From an uncultured Chloroflexota bacterium (lineage in GTDB: Bacteria; Chloroflexota; Dehalococcoidia; Lucifugimonadales; Lucifugimonadaceae), in NCBI GenBank assembly GCA_913042135.1, contig CAJWJL010000001.1, forward strand, positions 29,540 to 93,539: DNA of 64,000 nucleotides, written 5' to 3'. The notes below the pieces were generated by a model, which was not told the origin of the DNA, ran no database searches, and worked only from the letters and a program-made list of their open reading frames with translations. This document shows, in pieces, positions 37,949-46,562 of the stretch. Within the stretch, counting starts at the first letter, position 1. The number at the start of each line of letters is the position of its first letter. The position numbers and the translations under genes are program-made.

Positions 37949-38266
37949 ATGGAGCAACTGTCATTGATGGACTTGCTTGAGGCGCTTGAGAACGACACAA
38001 AGTTCGAGGGTGACCTGGAGAAGATCCTTACCGATGAAGATATTCCGTACCTTCGGGAAAACCTACTAATCGAGTCAGTGAAATCTGCCTTTGGTGAAAG
38101 TCGTGGTGGCCAGAAACGTAAGCCATCTGATGAAGCCTGGGAGTGGATTATTTCGGAAGATCGGGAGCTGCCGTTCTCGTTCAACCAATGCTGCCTCGCT
38201 TGTGGAGTCGATCCCGACAAGATGCTTGATTGGCTGCGTTACTACAAACGCAAGTTCATGAGCTAA
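37949..38266 (+). CDS. Hypothetical protein
   Basis: ATG 37949 with RBS ggagg; AWEWI...PFSF..CC...GVDP. Confidence 0.75.
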   Translation: MEQLSLMDLLEALENDTKFEGDLEKILTDEDIPYLRENLLIESVKSAFGESRGGQKRKPSDEAWEWIISEDRELPFSFNQCCLACGVDPDKMLDWLRYYKRKFMS

Positions 38267-38320
38267 CTCAACCCAAACCTGGGACATAAACACTGTGTCC
38301 CTATGGGCATGGTGTGTCCC
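38267..38320 (+). repeat. Structured intergenic element R7
   Basis: CTCAAC; gggacata can pair with either of two tgtgtccc copies (38294, 38313). Confidence 0.6.
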
Positions 38321-38343
38321 TCACTCAACGAAAGGTAAACACC

Positions 38344-38511
38344 ATGTCTAATACTCAACAAAATGTAATTAAACATCAGCAGGTAAATGCACGCGGTACA
38401 CCGATTCGCCAAATCACGGTTTATACCCCGGAGCGAGTAACAGAGCTGTTCTATCAGTTTGTTATGGAGCAATGGGTACCGTACAAGCGAGTCGTTCATT
38501 CCGTGCATTGA
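38344..38511 (+). CDS. Small hypothetical protein (55 aa)
   Basis: ATG 38344 with RBS aaagg. Confidence 0.6.
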   Translation: MSNTQQNVIKHQQVNARGTPIRQITVYTPERVTELFYQFVMEQWVPYKRVVHSVH

Positions 38512-38512
38512 T

Positions 38513-38535
38513 AAAGGGGCCTCGCCCCTTTGTTT
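38513..38535 (+). terminator. Terminator-like hairpin
   Basis: aaaggggc-ctc-gccccttt followed by gttt. Confidence 0.5.
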
Positions 38536-38590
38536 CACTGGCTGACAGTGGAACTGAAAAATTTGGTGAAACTGTCAGAGGGAGATACCT

Positions 38591-39667
38591 ATGAAGAAAC
38601 GAAACTCAACTGAAATGAAGCGCCGAATGGAAGGCCGTTGGCTTGCTGCTTTCAAAGCACTCGCGCCAGCACTGGATCAGGCCATCGACAACCTCGGTAC
38701 GAATGTACCTTGCCCGGTTGAAGGTGGAACGGACGGTTTTAGGCTTTTCAAAGACGCCAACTACACAGGCGGTGGAGTAAAACAGTCATGGCGTATTATC
38801 CCGGAAGGGATCGATATGCTCATGTGGGTAAATGATTGGTCCTTTACCAAGGTCTACGATGAACTTGAAGCCTGGTTGGGTGATAAACCTGTCGAGGCTG
38901 GACCGAAATATCTACCAAAGCCTAAGCCTGTAGATGAAGAGGGTCTGCGCAAGTGGCTGAACAGGATTTGGAAAGAGGCATTGCCTTTGACCGATCTTGC
39001 AGCTTATCCAGCTCGGGCTTACTTCAGCTACCGTTGGGTGAATACTGCTGCATTGTCTGCCAACGATGTGCGGTTTCATCCTTGTCTTAACTACAAAGAC
39101 AAACAGGGCAACGTTCTCGGTAAGTTCGGAGCAGTCCTGTCCCTGGTGCGCAATAACGAGGGAGAGCCAGTCGCGATACATCGGACGTTCATCACTAAAG
39201 GTGGATTGAAGGTAAATCTCGGCAAAACTCATAAACCTAAGAAGATGACGCCTTCTGTGAATCAACGCAGTAAGGGGCGGCATATTCGGTTGTTTGCACC
39301 ACAAAACGGTTACTTGGGAGTCTCTGAAGGTCTGGAAACTGCGCTCGCGGTATACCAGGCTAAGCAGTTTCCCGTTTGGCCGGGCCTGTCCAACACAATA
39401 CTTCAATCGTTCGTTCCTCCAAAGGGCGTGCATACGATTCTGAATTTTGTGGATAAAGACAGAAACAAAGCAGGGGAGAATGCGGCGGAAATTCTTCGGG
39501 CAAATTTAGCGCCTAAAGGTATTCGCGTTATCGACCTGTTACCTCCAACGCCGATTCTCGATACCGATGAAAAAGGTGTTGATTGGGCGGATCAGTTGAA
39601 AAGGGATGCCAGTGGCTTTGGTCTGATAGACCAGGCACTTGCCTTCAGCCGACTGAAACAAGCCTGA
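38591..39667 (+). CDS. Primase-like protein (P4-alpha-type N-terminus, DUF7146-like, C-terminal TOPRIM)
   Basis: PCP..GGTDGFR, RFHP, AIHRTFI, LGVSEGLETAL, VDKD, DWAD. Confidence 0.85.
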   Translation: MKKRNSTEMKRRMEGRWLAAFKALAPALDQAIDNLGTNVPCPVEGGTDGFRLFKDANYTGGGVKQSWRIIPEGIDMLMWVNDWSFTKVYDELEAWLGDKPVEAGPKYLPKPKPVDEEGLRKWLNRIWKEALPLTDLAAYPARAYFSYRWVNTAALSANDVRFHPCLNYKDKQGNVLGKFGAVLSLVRNNEGEPVAIHRTFITKGGLKVNLGKTHKPKKMTPSVNQRSKGRHIRLFAPQNGYLGVSEGLETALAVYQAKQFPVWPGLSNTILQSFVPPKGVHTILNFVDKDRNKAGENAAEILRANLAPKGIRVIDLLPPTPILDTDEKGVDWADQLKRDASGFGLIDQALAFSRLKQA

Positions 39668-39671
39668 CTAC

Positions 39672-39729
39672 CTCAACTACTACCCTGCGGGGACACACTC
39701 CCCGTAAGGGGAGTAGTGTTTCTGCGGGT
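39672..39729 (+). repeat. Structured intergenic element R8
   Basis: CTCAAC-tactaccctgcggggacacactccccgtaaggggagtagtgtttctgcgggt; close to R6. Confidence 0.7.
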
Positions 39730-39752
39730 TTCCTCAACATAAGGAGATCAAT

Positions 39753-40145
39753 ATGCAGAATGATTTATCAACCATGCAGTCGGTCGAAATACCGGTTAGC
39801 AAACTTGAACAAATGGCTTATGGCCATGCGACAGCCCAATTCATTAGCTGTGACAACGGCTTTGAAGGCACCTGGTTTGAACGCTATCAGTATCTGTCTG
39901 AGTGTGTTTCAGACAACAAAGAGCCTGAAGGGTGGGTTGCGTGGCAGCCGTTTGAAACATGGGAATGGAGCGACATCGTTGAGCAGATCGACAGTGAAGC
40001 TGACTCATTTCTTTCCACAATGAAGCAAGCGCTGGAGTATGCCAAAAATAGCATTGTTGCTTCAGCAATTGATTGCTCACTCGATAGCGATATGAATCAG
40101 TTGGATATGATTCATTTGATCGAGCTGGGTTCCAAAGAGCAGTAA
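39753..40145 (+). CDS. Acidic hypothetical protein
   Basis: 130 aa, RBS aaggag. Confidence 0.75.
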   Translation: MQNDLSTMQSVEIPVSKLEQMAYGHATAQFISCDNGFEGTWFERYQYLSECVSDNKEPEGWVAWQPFETWEWSDIVEQIDSEADSFLSTMKQALEYAKNSIVASAIDCSLDSDMNQLDMIHLIELGSKEQ

Positions 40146-40185
40146 ACCACTGGTGAAGTAATTCACCAACATACGATGAATTCGA

Positions 40186-40219
40186 CCCTGGAGGGTGTTG
40201 CCCTTCAGGGGCTACATCC
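40186..40219 (+). repeat. Structured intergenic element R9 (minimal)
   Basis: ccctggaggg/cccttcaggg stem and an alternative gggtgttgcc/ggctacatcc stem. Confidence 0.45.
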
Positions 40220-40259
40220 GTCCGGACGTTGAGGTCATTAAACGAAAGGAAGGTGTAGT

Positions 40260-40592
40260 ATGGATAATCGTAGAATGTTCAGGGAAATCAGCAGGCTCCG
40301 CACAACGGACCTGTTGATTGCCAAGATGGACTGCACCAGGAGAATTGCCCTGTTTAAATCGTTGAAGCTTGGTCTTCTCGGTTTGCTGGGTATCTTCGTT
40401 GGCCATGTTGCCAAATCACTGTTAGCGGCACAAGCTATGTCTTGGATAGACTACCTGTCTGTCTCTCTGGCTATGTACTGTGTGATTGGCTATTTGGTCC
40501 TCGATGCTCTTGAAGCAAGTTCAACCGCTCTAAAAGAGCTGATCTGCGACCTACTTGCCCTCCGGATGAGTAGGACCGGGAAGAAGTCTTGA
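40260..40592 (+). CDS. Two-TM membrane protein
   Basis: 110 aa, two hydrophobic segments, RBS gaagg. Confidence 0.7.
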   Translation: MDNRRMFREISRLRTTDLLIAKMDCTRRIALFKSLKLGLLGLLGIFVGHVAKSLLAAQAMSWIDYLSVSLAMYCVIGYLVLDALEASSTALKELICDLLALRMSRTGKKS

Positions 40593-40635
40593 CAAAAGGC
40601 TTCTCTGGGATTATTTAACTAAGAGGGTACAAGTT

Positions 40636-40794
40636 ATGTGGATCACAGTCATGAATCTTTTAATGCTGTTAGCTGTTGCGTTATTACTACTGTTTACTGG
40701 GATAGCCGTTCGCGCCTATGTGCAAGAGCGTCACTCCTGGAAAGACATTGAAGTAAAAGCGAGCCAGTCTGGCATAAAGGGATTTGATGAATAA
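40636..40794 (+). CDS. Small single-TM protein (52 aa; not in the ORF track)
   Basis: MWITVMNLLMLLAVALLLLFTGIAVRAYVQERHSWKDIEVKASQSGIKGFDE; RBS gaggg; followed by a terminator. Confidence 0.55.
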   Translation: MWITVMNLLMLLAVALLLLFTGIAVRAYVQERHSWKDIEVKASQSGIKGFDE

Positions 40795-40799
40795 CAGTT

Positions 40800-40824
40800 A
40801 AGGGCCTCTTCGGAGGCCTTTTTC
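40800..40824 (+). terminator. Intrinsic terminator
   Basis: aagggcctc-ttcg-gaggccttt ttc. Confidence 0.75.
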
Positions 40825-40987
40825 TTATCCGTATTATTTTGATGGGCAGAAGGGCGATACTTCCAAGTATGCCGCGTTAATTGAGCAGGCAAAATGATAT
40901 AGCTTCCAAAAGCCATCCAGCTTGTTTCTTTCCAGTACATCTTTCACGGTTCGTGAATCACAAAGCAGCCTTGGTAGGCGGATAACG

Positions 40988-41398
40988 TCACCATCGGCCA
41001 TTTACGGTATAGGAAATGGTTTGAATGTCCGGTATGGACTGAGAAAGTAAGCACGAGATTTCAGCTTCAGATACTTCTAGTTTTTCGACATCCGCGACGG
41101 TATATGAGCGGATCTCTTTTCCAGGAATAAATTCCAAATAATCTGCCTTATCTCCTATAGCCTGTTCAATGTAAGGAACGGCGCTCATTATCAGTTTATG
41201 TCGAAGTAAACTCGATATTTCAGGCTCGCTTACCAGGTCAATTCTCAGGCGAGGTAATGGTGCATCCATCCGGTACCAATGCACGAGATCAATCCCTTCA
41301 CTGCGGCTTTTAACCAGGTGCTGAAGTTCTCGAAAGAATAGGGTGCTGGATGGTATGGATAAGGTTTCCGATACGTCTATATCGCTAAAGTCGGTCAT
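40988..41398 (-). CDS. Hypothetical protein
   Basis: 136 aa, RBS gggga. Confidence 0.65.
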   Translation of the reverse strand: MTDFSDIDVSETLSIPSSTLFFRELQHLVKSRSEGIDLVHWYRMDAPLPRLRIDLVSEPEISSLLRHKLIMSAVPYIEQAIGDKADYLEFIPGKEIRSYTVADVEKLEVSEAEISCLLSQSIPDIQTISYTVNGRW

Positions 41399-41600
41399 GT
41401 TGTCCCCCGGTTCGTCTTGGACCGACTCCTCATACTATGCACCGAACGTCCGGTGTCATCAAAAAACTGGAGATTTCTAAAGAAAGTCAGGCCATTAAGG
41501 AGGTAGTTCTTCAACATGGAGTGTTTCGCCCGAAGATTTGCGGAAACTGAATACAAACACACCAGCGATAGAACCTGGTTGCAGCGGCTTGCTAAGGCGT

Positions 41601-41647
41601 GTCGCGCATGTGCGACAAAGTATAACGTAAAGTCGCACATATGAGAC
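41601..41647 (+). promoter_or_regulatory. Paired palindromic operators flanking -10 TATAAC of the XRE gene
   Basis: GTCGCGCATGTGCGAC 41601-16 and GTCGCACATATGAGAC 41632-47. Confidence 0.6.
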
Positions 41648-41871
41648 AGCTACGGCGCAGATTATCTGCATTCATGAAGGCAAAAAGAGGTGACAAGCCC
41701 CTTCGGGAGTTTGCGGCTAGGTATGCCTTGTCAAAAGACACTGTAGCTCGTATTGAGAGCCAAGATCAAAATGTGACCATCGACATGCTGGAGCATATGT
41801 GTAAGGTATTTCGGTGCGATGTAGGTGATCTCTTCCCGCCAGTTGATGTGAGCTCTGCTGACGGGGAATAG
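41641..41871 (+). CDS. XRE/Cro-family HTH transcriptional regulator
   Basis: LREFAARYALSKDTVARIESQDQNVTIDMLEHMCKVFRCDVGDLF. Confidence 0.88.
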   Translation: MRQLRRRLSAFMKAKRGDKPLREFAARYALSKDTVARIESQDQNVTIDMLEHMCKVFRCDVGDLFPPVDVSSADGE

Positions 41872-41874
41872 CCG

Positions 41875-42483
41875 TTATTTTTTCGACTCTTTTGCGATCT
41901 CAACCAATTCAGCCTGAAGTGACTTGTTATCGTCTCGTGCTTCTTTCAATTCTTCTTTGAGGCCTTTGATTTGCTCGTTTCGCTCGTCAACTCGTGCGGA
42001 CAGGGCAGCCAATTCAGTCTGAAACCGCGCATTCTCTCCTTGGGCAGCGTCCAGGTCGGACTTCAATTTCTGGATCTCTTCACCTTGTTCGTGCTCCAGT
42101 GTGAGAAGATCTGCAATACGTGTCTCCAGGCGAGAAATCTCATTCAGAGCTTCATCTCTCTCATGGGCTGCGGCGTCTATATTGGCTTGGGCTTCTTGCT
42201 GTATTTTTTCAACGGTAGCAGAAGCCAGTTTACTCGCTGCTGTCCACACCTGGCTGAGAGAAGTCTCGATGGCTTTTTTCAGCTCAGATGGAATTTCAAG
42301 GGCCGCTACAACTCGTGCCTTTTGCGACTCTCTCCATTCTCGCATGACGGGAGAAATGTGGGATAACGATCCACTCCCCATGCGCTCGCGCACCTGCTCA
42401 TTGGTTGGGTTCTCGTTGCCCTCGGCAACCAATGCGTTGGCGGCCTCAACGATCCTTTCTTTGATTTCCGGTTTGATCTTCAT
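41875..42483 (-). CDS. kfrA: KfrA-family DNA-binding coiled-coil protein
   Basis: I..AA..L...G..PT...VR..MG.GS...I...MREWR N-terminal domain, then a long coiled coil. Confidence 0.85.
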   Translation of the reverse strand: MKIKPEIKERIVEAANALVAEGNENPTNEQVRERMGSGSLSHISPVMREWRESQKARVVAALEIPSELKKAIETSLSQVWTAASKLASATVEKIQQEAQANIDAAAHERDEALNEISRLETRIADLLTLEHEQGEEIQKLKSDLDAAQGENARFQTELAALSARVDERNEQIKGLKEELKEARDDNKSLQAELVEIAKESKK

Positions 42484-42510
42484 GGGTATTTTACCTGCTT
42501 TGTATCAAAT

Positions 42511-42540
42511 GTATGTATGTATCGTACATACAATACATAC
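42511..42540. promoter_or_regulatory. GTATGTA/TACATAC inverted repeats upstream of kfrA (probable autoregulatory operator)
   Basis: gtatgtatgtatcgtacatacaatacatac. Confidence 0.45.
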
Positions 42541-42591
42541 TATACGCAACAACCTGAGTCCGTCCAAGACTCTCCTAGTGGAGTTTTTGGC

Positions 42592-42621
42592 AGTTGCTAG
42601 TTTCAGGACCCGTGAGATAGT
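42592..42621 (+). promoter_or_regulatory. Conserved promoter motif AGTTGCTA-N16-GATAGT
   Basis: AGTTGCTAgtttcaggacccgtgaGATAGT. Confidence 0.6.
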
Positions 42622-42647
42622 GGATTTAATCGAATCAGGAGACGAGC

Positions 42648-43127
42648 ATGGACTACAAGTTTTTGAGTGTGGATCTGTCTGCGGCGACCTTTGAGGGACT
42701 CTCTTTGTCTCATCATCGGAAGATCGCATTATTGGGTACCATTACCATTTTCCTAATTGGCGCGTTGATTCATTACATCGCTGGTGGTCAGTTCATCATG
42801 TATAGCGCTGCTCAGACGTTGGCTAGGGTAACTCCGCTCGGTGTCCTTTACCGACAGGACAAGGCCGTGCTTGATAGAGCCAAAAGAGAGCTGCTCTCGA
42901 TAGCTCGGGAGGTTCAGTTCAGGGATTACCTGGAATATGGCAAGATCAATCCGGCTATTCGATCCCGTAGTAGTTTGGTGGTGATGGCTCACCAGAAGAA
43001 AGGTGATCTGAATCAGTGGATCGGCAGTGCTCGGAATCTTAAGCAACTGGCAAATCTTGTTTATCAGATATACCTAGTTGAACAAATCCTGGCGCAAGAC
43101 ATCGAGTCCGAACTTCAACCTTCCTAA
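42648..43127 (+). CDS. Membrane-anchored hypothetical protein
   Basis: 159 aa, one TM, RBS aggag. Confidence 0.7.
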   Translation: MDYKFLSVDLSAATFEGLSLSHHRKIALLGTITIFLIGALIHYIAGGQFIMYSAAQTLARVTPLGVLYRQDKAVLDRAKRELLSIAREVQFRDYLEYGKINPAIRSRSSLVVMAHQKKGDLNQWIGSARNLKQLANLVYQIYLVEQILAQDIESELQPS

Positions 43128-43135
43128 ATCATAAA

Positions 43136-43191
43136 GGGTCATTCTCGCATGACCCTTTAAACCTCCTTTTCCTCTTCAGAATTCATACCAT
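43136..43191 (+). promoter_or_regulatory. Putative activator box GGGTCA-N8-TGACCC + N30 + -10 TACCAT
   Basis: GGGTCA 43136-41, TGACCC 43150-55, TACCAT 43186-91. Confidence 0.65.
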
Positions 43192-43217
43192 AGCTTCCAG
43201 TAAAAATGGAGGCTTGG

Positions 43218-43382
43218 ATGTTTATCAGTACACCCTTTGTCAGATTCGCAGTTAACCGTCTCTATCGCCAAGGCAAGCTGGATAAGCAGCAGCGAGATTA
43301 CCTGATTCTTCAGGACCGCCAGATCAATGTGATGATCACTATTGGCGCATTGGTACTGCTCGCGGCCTATTACATTCGTTAG
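43218..43382 (+). CDS. Small protein with C-terminal TM (54 aa; not in the ORF track)
   Basis: MFISTPFVRF...ITIGALVLLAAYYIR; RBS ggagg. Confidence 0.6.
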   Translation: MFISTPFVRFAVNRLYRQGKLDKQQRDYLILQDRQINVMITIGALVLLAAYYIR

Positions 43383-43396
43383 ACAGGGGATTTCAT

Positions 43397-43681
43397 GTGA
43401 GCAATATCGTTCATGTTGACTTTAGTGCAAGGAAATCTGAAAGGGCATTCAGTGCGGACGTGTACTCCTTTGACATGAAAAAGTATCGGTTTCAGGTGGT
43501 GGCGACATCGATCACAGAAGCTTATTACGCCTTTGTTGCTGAGGCTGTCCAGCATGGTGTGAATGTCATTCGTTGTATAGCAATTTATCTAGGGCTGTCG
43601 GACCAAAGGGCGGAGTACCAGGTTCCAGCAAAGGTTTGGCAACAATATGATCCGGTTGCTGGTGGATTGGTCGAGTTCTGA
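43397..43681 (+). CDS. Hypothetical protein
   Basis: GTG start, RBS agggg; operon spacing. Confidence 0.65.
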   Translation: MSNIVHVDFSARKSERAFSADVYSFDMKKYRFQVVATSITEAYYAFVAEAVQHGVNVIRCIAIYLGLSDQRAEYQVPAKVWQQYDPVAGGLVEF

Positions 43682-43683
43682 CG

Positions 43684-43980
43684 ATGAATTGGTTCCGATC
43701 TCCAAAATCCTACCCATACATTGTTGTTGCCACTGCATCAATACTGATGATGGTAATTCTCACTTCTGGTGAGCCTGTTTCCATCACTTTTCCTTTGCTG
43801 CTTTTTATGTCCGCAAAACTCAGCGTCATCTTTGGTGCCGTTGAGATTGGGTTGTCGTCCATCGGGCGTTACGAAAGTAAAGAGGATGTATACCGGGCGA
43901 TTAGCAGAGCTATCTCTGCATTTGGTATGGCGATGTGCTTCATGTTGTTGATCGGTGCGTATGAGGCCGCGAAGAGGTGA
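43684..43980 (+). CDS. Three-TM membrane protein
   Basis: Hydrophobic segments; operon spacing. Confidence 0.65.
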   Translation: MNWFRSPKSYPYIVVATASILMMVILTSGEPVSITFPLLLFMSAKLSVIFGAVEIGLSSIGRYESKEDVYRAISRAISAFGMAMCFMLLIGAYEAAKR

Positions 43981-44387
43981 GGGCAGAATCCGTGAAAATT
44001 ATCAGGATCAGCGAAAGTCATGTCTTAGCAAATGATCGTTGGCTTTATCACGTTCTTGAGCACCTGGATACCTTCACCTTGTTGGAGTGTCGGGGTAGAA
44101 GAGAAGTCTGCCTTAGAGATATTACGCACACGCTGATTCTTGATCATTTGGATGAAGCAGAAAGTCCTACAGAAATTTTGAACCAAGTGATGAGTGCTTC
44201 CTGCGAAATTAAAACGCTGGTTGTTGTGGCTTCGGAACCAGAAGCAGACATCAGTGGAATCGGTTTTGACCTGCATATAGCAATGCGGCAAGACCTTGAT
44301 TGCTTGGAAAGCATTGGTGCTGTCTGTGTGAACGACTTGGGCATGGCAGTAAACCTAGTGAAGGACAGTTTGGTGAAAGCAGCATAG
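43977..44387 (+). CDS. Hypothetical protein
   Basis: GTGA overlap with the upstream gene. Confidence 0.6.
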   Translation: MRAESVKIIRISESHVLANDRWLYHVLEHLDTFTLLECRGRREVCLRDITHTLILDHLDEAESPTEILNQVMSASCEIKTLVVVASEPEADISGIGFDLHIAMRQDLDCLESIGAVCVNDLGMAVNLVKDSLVKAA

Positions 44388-44396
44388 GAAACAGAG

Positions 44397-44978
44397 ATGA
44401 ATGATGAAACGGCACAATTGATGGAGGAGGTGGACACCGAGAATCAAAAATCGGTTTCCTACGACGATGAAACTGTTATCTGGGAAGGAAGGCCTTCTCA
44501 GTGGGTGAACCTGGGCACTTTTCTCTGGTGGGGCGTGTTTTTCATCGGTTCTGCCGTATCACTGTTCCTCTGGGATGCAGGTTTGAACGATGGGTACAGT
44601 GCTCTCATCAATGAGGCTGTTTATTGGGTTTGTTATGGCCTTATGGGATTGTCGATTATCAGCGTCCTCTACGCCTATCTCTCTGTGCATTATGAGCACA
44701 CTGTTATCACGCGAAACAAGATCAAGGAAGCGAAGGGGATCACAAGTATCTTCCGGCAGGAGTTGTTCTGCGAGATCAGCGACATTAAAGATATTAACAG
44801 CCCTCCAGCCGGGCTTCTTGGTCTTGTGGGGTTGTCAACGCTGGTTATTGAAACTAACGACGACCAGCCAATTATAAAGATCCGTGCGATCAAGAATCGC
44901 GACCAATTAATTGAAAAGCTCCTTCCTATTTGGCGCAAGCTGAAAATCGAGCGAAAGGGGTACTTTGGAGACCGATAA
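44397..44978 (+). CDS. Membrane protein with bacterial PH (bPH_2-like) domain
   Basis: ETVIWEGRPSQ, two TM, then IT...I....GI......I.DI......LVGLSTLVIET.D. Confidence 0.75.
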   Translation: MNDETAQLMEEVDTENQKSVSYDDETVIWEGRPSQWVNLGTFLWWGVFFIGSAVSLFLWDAGLNDGYSALINEAVYWVCYGLMGLSIISVLYAYLSVHYEHTVITRNKIKEAKGITSIFRQELFCEISDIKDINSPPAGLLGLVGLSTLVIETNDDQPIIKIRAIKNRDQLIEKLLPIWRKLKIERKGYFGDR

Positions 44979-45472
44979 TGAAAAAGACAAAGTATGCTGC
45001 CCTGTTTGGGGGTTTGGCGATTTCCTCCCTATGCCTTGCTGGACCGCCAGAGCGTCATGATCCTGCATTGAGGAATGCTACGAAAGAAACTGCTATTGAG
45101 TTTGTGGCCAAGTATTACGCCCATATGGATCGAGGGATGTCCAGGAGGCACCTTGAAAGTTACTGGACCGAAGACAAGATAGAGCAGCTCGATAAACTGA
45201 CGGTAAGCATTGCTGAGAAAACGGGTAAAGAGCTGGTTCACGAAAGCCAGCGGCTAATGGATCTTGAGCACATGGAATCCCGGTGTGAAGACATTGACCT
45301 CGTGAAAGCTAAAGCCTATGGATCGTCATCGAGAAAGGCAAAGCTTGAGTATGTCGTTAACAATCACTGCGAGAGCTGGAGAGGGTCTTTTTCGAGAACC
45401 ATTCACTTGCGGTTCTCTTCCGATCAGAAACATTGGTTGATTGACGAAATTGAAGATGGAGAAAAGCAATGA
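44978..45472 (+). CDS. Secreted hypothetical protein (possibly NTF2-like)
   Basis: Signal peptide MKKTKY...; C-terminal WLIDEI. Confidence 0.7.
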   Translation: MKKTKYAALFGGLAISSLCLAGPPERHDPALRNATKETAIEFVAKYYAHMDRGMSRRHLESYWTEDKIEQLDKLTVSIAEKTGKELVHESQRLMDLEHMESRCEDIDLVKAKAYGSSSRKAKLEYVVNNHCESWRGSFSRTIHLRFSSDQKHWLIDEIEDGEKQ

Positions 45473-46314
45473 GGTTGTTAGGTATCTTGGCCGCGCTCAG
45501 TCTTTCATTATTCAGCTCTATTGCAGCGTCAGAGTCGAACAGTCCCGCAGAAAAGCCTTTCCCTGAAGTAACCTTTGACAAGGTTCAGGAAATATTCGGG
45601 CATAACTTGGACACTGACGATACCGTCCTCAAGACGCTGTTGTTGGCTATCGGGATGGATCACACATCAACTGAATCACCTCACGCCAACGAGCGGATTG
45701 GCATTCCCTATATAGTCCATGAAGGGCCGGGCTATTGGGTGGCGCGTCTTAAATCCGGTGAAAGAAAGCTTGAAGTCCTGGTCAACAATGCCTTGCTTCT
45801 GCTTTTCACCAAAGAAGAAATTCCCAAGGCGCAGGAGACGGCTTTTGCATTAATGAAGTCTGCCGCAGACAAAGGGTACTGGCCAGCGGATTACTATGTG
45901 GCAGAAAGTAATTTGTCGAAGCACTTGACGGTGGATTACACCGAAGGCTCCTCGTCCGCAAGGGTGATGGATGAAAAGTCAAAGGTGATTGCTAAGGACA
46001 CCATGACCCGATACAACCGTTGCGCTGACATGGGCTTTGCGCCTTGCCAATATCGAATTGGGTTCTGGCTATCCAACTCAATCAAGACGCTCAAAGATGG
46101 GCTGGATGTACTCAGAACGGCGATTCACACCTCCAGAAATGACACTCGCTACCAGGGTGTGCTCGATGGCGCTTTAATCATGGCGGCAAAGGAGATCGTC
46201 TTTAAGGGGGATCAGGTCGGCATGGATAAGGTCGTCCGTGAAGAGTACGCCAATCTGGTAAAGCAGCAGCTTGCTATGCTTGGCAGGGCAGCAAAAGACA
46301 GCGAAAAGAAGTAA
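45469..46314 (+). CDS. Secreted Sel1-like repeat protein
   Basis: Signal peptide; KSAADKGYWPA and RCADMGFAPCQYRIG Sel1-like units. Confidence 0.7.
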   Translation: MRLLGILAALSLSLFSSIAASESNSPAEKPFPEVTFDKVQEIFGHNLDTDDTVLKTLLLAIGMDHTSTESPHANERIGIPYIVHEGPGYWVARLKSGERKLEVLVNNALLLLFTKEEIPKAQETAFALMKSAADKGYWPADYYVAESNLSKHLTVDYTEGSSSARVMDEKSKVIAKDTMTRYNRCADMGFAPCQYRIGFWLSNSIKTLKDGLDVLRTAIHTSRNDTRYQGVLDGALIMAAKEIVFKGDQVGMDKVVREEYANLVKQQLAMLGRAAKDSEKK

Positions 46315-46330
46315 CGGGGCGGGCTTCGAG

Positions 46331-46540
46331 ATGGACATTCAATCATCTTCTTTTCGCTACGGCCTATATCTTGATCCGGCACCCGACGATGAGGTTGTGC
46401 CCTGCCTGAAAGAGGCAGAGAAGAAGGCAAAAAGCTTATCTATGGATAAAGGTGGCGTGCTCGTTGCCGTCTGGCAGGATGGCGATAGGGTTGTTCGTCT
46501 TTTCGCAGGTGGGGATGAGTTTGTTCCTGTGAAGCTCTGA
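46331..46540 (+). CDS. Small hypothetical protein
   Basis: MDIQSS... 69 aa. Confidence 0.55.
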   Translation: MDIQSSSFRYGLYLDPAPDDEVVPCLKEAEKKAKSLSMDKGGVLVAVWQDGDRVVRLFAGGDEFVPVKL

Positions 46541-46562
46541 TTTTGTATTGCTGGAAGCCCAG

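Noticed and set aside
29232-40219. R-elements as a CRISPR array or integron attC sites
   Set aside because: Spacing is gene-sized and irregular, sequences diverge, there are no RYYYAAC/GTTRRRY ends and no integron integrase.
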